Source: Adineta vaga
Lineage: Eukaryota > Animalia > Rotifera
Length of the DNA: 64,000 nt
Assembly: GCA_021613535.1 (NCBI GenBank)
Contig: CP075493.1
Location: 4,836,001-4,900,000 of the forward strand
Reading direction: 5' to 3'
The notes beneath the pieces were generated by a model. The model ran no database searches and had not been told where the DNA came from. It worked only from the letters and a program-made list of their open reading frames with translations. Every line of letters starts with the position of its first letter. Position 1 is the first letter of the stretch. The position numbers were made by a program, and so were the translations under genes. Below are positions 62,053 to 64,000 of the stretch, piece after piece.

Positions 62053-63590
62053 ATGTCACTGCTTGTCGTATGTACAACGGTTGCAACTGTTTATGCAATA
62101 TCTTCGTTTGTTTTACTACGTAAACCACATTTGATCCATCGAAGACGTCGACCTGCATTTATCGCTCGAAATATCGCACATCGCGGAGGTGGATAATCTA
62201 TATTGATCGATGTTTTTCGTATAAAAAAGTCATTCTCCTTTTATTCTTATTAGGAGCTGCCGAATCGATTGAAAATTCTCTACTTGCATTTGACAAGTAT
62301 AACGAAAAAAGATTTTTCTTTTTCTGTCAGTGACAGTTCTTTTGTTTTTCTTTCCAGAGGATTAGCACATGGCGTAGAAATGTTGGAATTAGATTGTCAT
62401 CTGACAAAAGATCAACAAGCAGTTGTACATCATGATGCATCATTACAAAGAACAACAGATCATCTAGGATACATTAAAGATATTGAATATGATGTAAATA
62501 AGAAAGAAAATAATTTGAAAGCATATTTCATGAATTCATCAATCTTCTCTCTAGAAATTACCTCGTATCAATAGTAAAATACACCTTTATTATAATTCTG
62601 GTAGGAGTTTTTGGAAATAATCTTTAAAACTGTGTCTTCTTTTTTGTAGATATAACCATTTCAAGTGATAATAATAATACTTCAAATGATGACTTATTAC
62701 GTATTCCATTATTGAAAGCGGTTTTTGAACGTTATCCAACAACTCCAATTAATATTGATATTAAAATAAACGATGATGAGTTGATTAAACAAGTAAATGA
62801 TTTAAAAAGAAGAAAAAAACTTTCATTTTTATCTGATTTCTAGGTATCCAATCTAGTTCAACAACATCAGCGAGAACATATTACTCTATGGGGTAGTTTT
62901 AGCCATACAATATGTCGAAAATTAACGATACAAGTATTGTTTTCTTCTATATTTCTCTCCTTATCCATATTATCTTCTAGAATCCTCGTATTATTCGATT
63001 TTGTTCGTTAAAAGAAGCGGCAGGCATTGTTTTTGCATATTGGATTGGTCTATTACCATTTCTTCCATTGACACCTGGTATAGAATATCAAAAATAATTT
63101 AAAAATAACTCATATATTTTATTCATACAGGTGCTTTCGAAGTTCCTATTCCTGGTGAAGTCTTTCAGTATGAATAATAATAATCATATGATTTATCTTT
63201 GTCAATAGGCAAATCTTCTATTCCTTTAGAAAAATAACAGAACAAATAAATTGGAAATATAGAATTATTTTCTACTTACTCGAACGGTAAAGTTTTCAAA
63301 AAACTATCTATTTTTTTTGACAGGAGAACCATTTATCTAGAGCATTAAATAATAAATCGATGTTTGCACATCTTCAACGCCGTGGAATTCCCGTACGTTT
63401 TCTATTCGCTCTTTATATAATCTATAATCTACATTCTTTCTTTCGTTTTCAGGTTTACGTTTGGATATTGAATAATGATCAAGAATTTCAATATGCTTTT
63501 ACCAAAATGGGTGTTACGGGTGTTATGACTGACTATCCTACTCGTTTACAAAAATATTTAGCTACAAATCAACATGAATTTCTTCTATAG
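62053..63590 (+). CDS. GDPD1: Glycerophosphodiester phosphodiesterase / lysophospholipase D, GDPD1/GDPD3-like
   Basis: N-terminal TM, IAHRGGAAESIENS, MLELDCHLTKD, VVHHD, PINIDIK, VYVWILN, GVTGVMTDYPT. Confidence 0.92.
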
Positions 63591-64000
63591 AATTTCATTT
63601 TCACTCGCCGTATATTCTTATAGCCTCTCTAGTCATAAGATGAAACGGACAAATTTAGTTTTCTTTTTTATTTATTTATCTATTTATATTTTTTCTTATT
63701 AAAACATCAGTTGAAAATAAATCTTCTCAGTAGAATTTTGTCTTTGTTTTCTCTCCATACCTATTCGAATAATAATGATACGACTGATAAGCTTGAATTA
63801 TATTTACTTAATCTCAACCGCGAAGCATCCTTGCCGAGAAGAAAATACACAACATACTGGTTTTGATAAGTTGACTTGAAAGGTGCACGATAACAATTCA
63901 ATGGGCTTTTTTTTGCTTCTTCATTACATGAATATCAGCTGAGAGAAGAGGGCCGAACTTTGTATTCATTTATTTGATAAGAGGTCTATTTATTTATTCT

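Noticed and set aside
63760-63960. About 55-codon open frame on the minus strand at the window end
   Set aside because: No recognisable motif or convincing splice sites; cannot be supported.

Overview
AT-rich eukaryotic (animal) genomic DNA with many short GT-AG introns of about 50-60 nt. Gene content and intron style fit a bdelloid rotifer (inference). About 23 protein-coding genes can be reconstructed by hand: merlin/ERM 5' end, intronless POU-III homeobox, tetraspanin, SLC35D, Rac, Exo70, an HFRGG-type surface protein, a mucin-EGF membrane protein, an insulin-receptor-like RTK, TBC1D10, a vasopressin/GnRH-superfamily GPCR, KEAP1, an unknown multi-TM protein, a mosaic secreted protein with a bacterial-like domain, RCCD1, PMS2, SCFD1/Sly1, CALML4, a B-box/SPRY-like protein, a GT10 fucosyltransferase, OSCP1, FOP/CEP43 and GDPD1/3. 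The most striking pattern is a set of co-oriented, unrelated gene pairs separated by only 10-233 nt. In four of them the downstream gene starts just after a 3' splice acceptor with no obvious cis donor. The extreme case is RCCD1 stop, 10 nt, PMS2 ATG. This suggests polycistronic transcription resolved by spliced-leader trans-splicing. A CTCF-like GC-rich motif lies upstream of most first genes and was not seen in the spacers. Other observations: two frameshifted surface-protein genes, frame-preserving microexons, an ARE upstream of KEAP1, and an insulin receptor lacking the tetrabasic cleavage site. All calls are from manual reading; no database searches were run.
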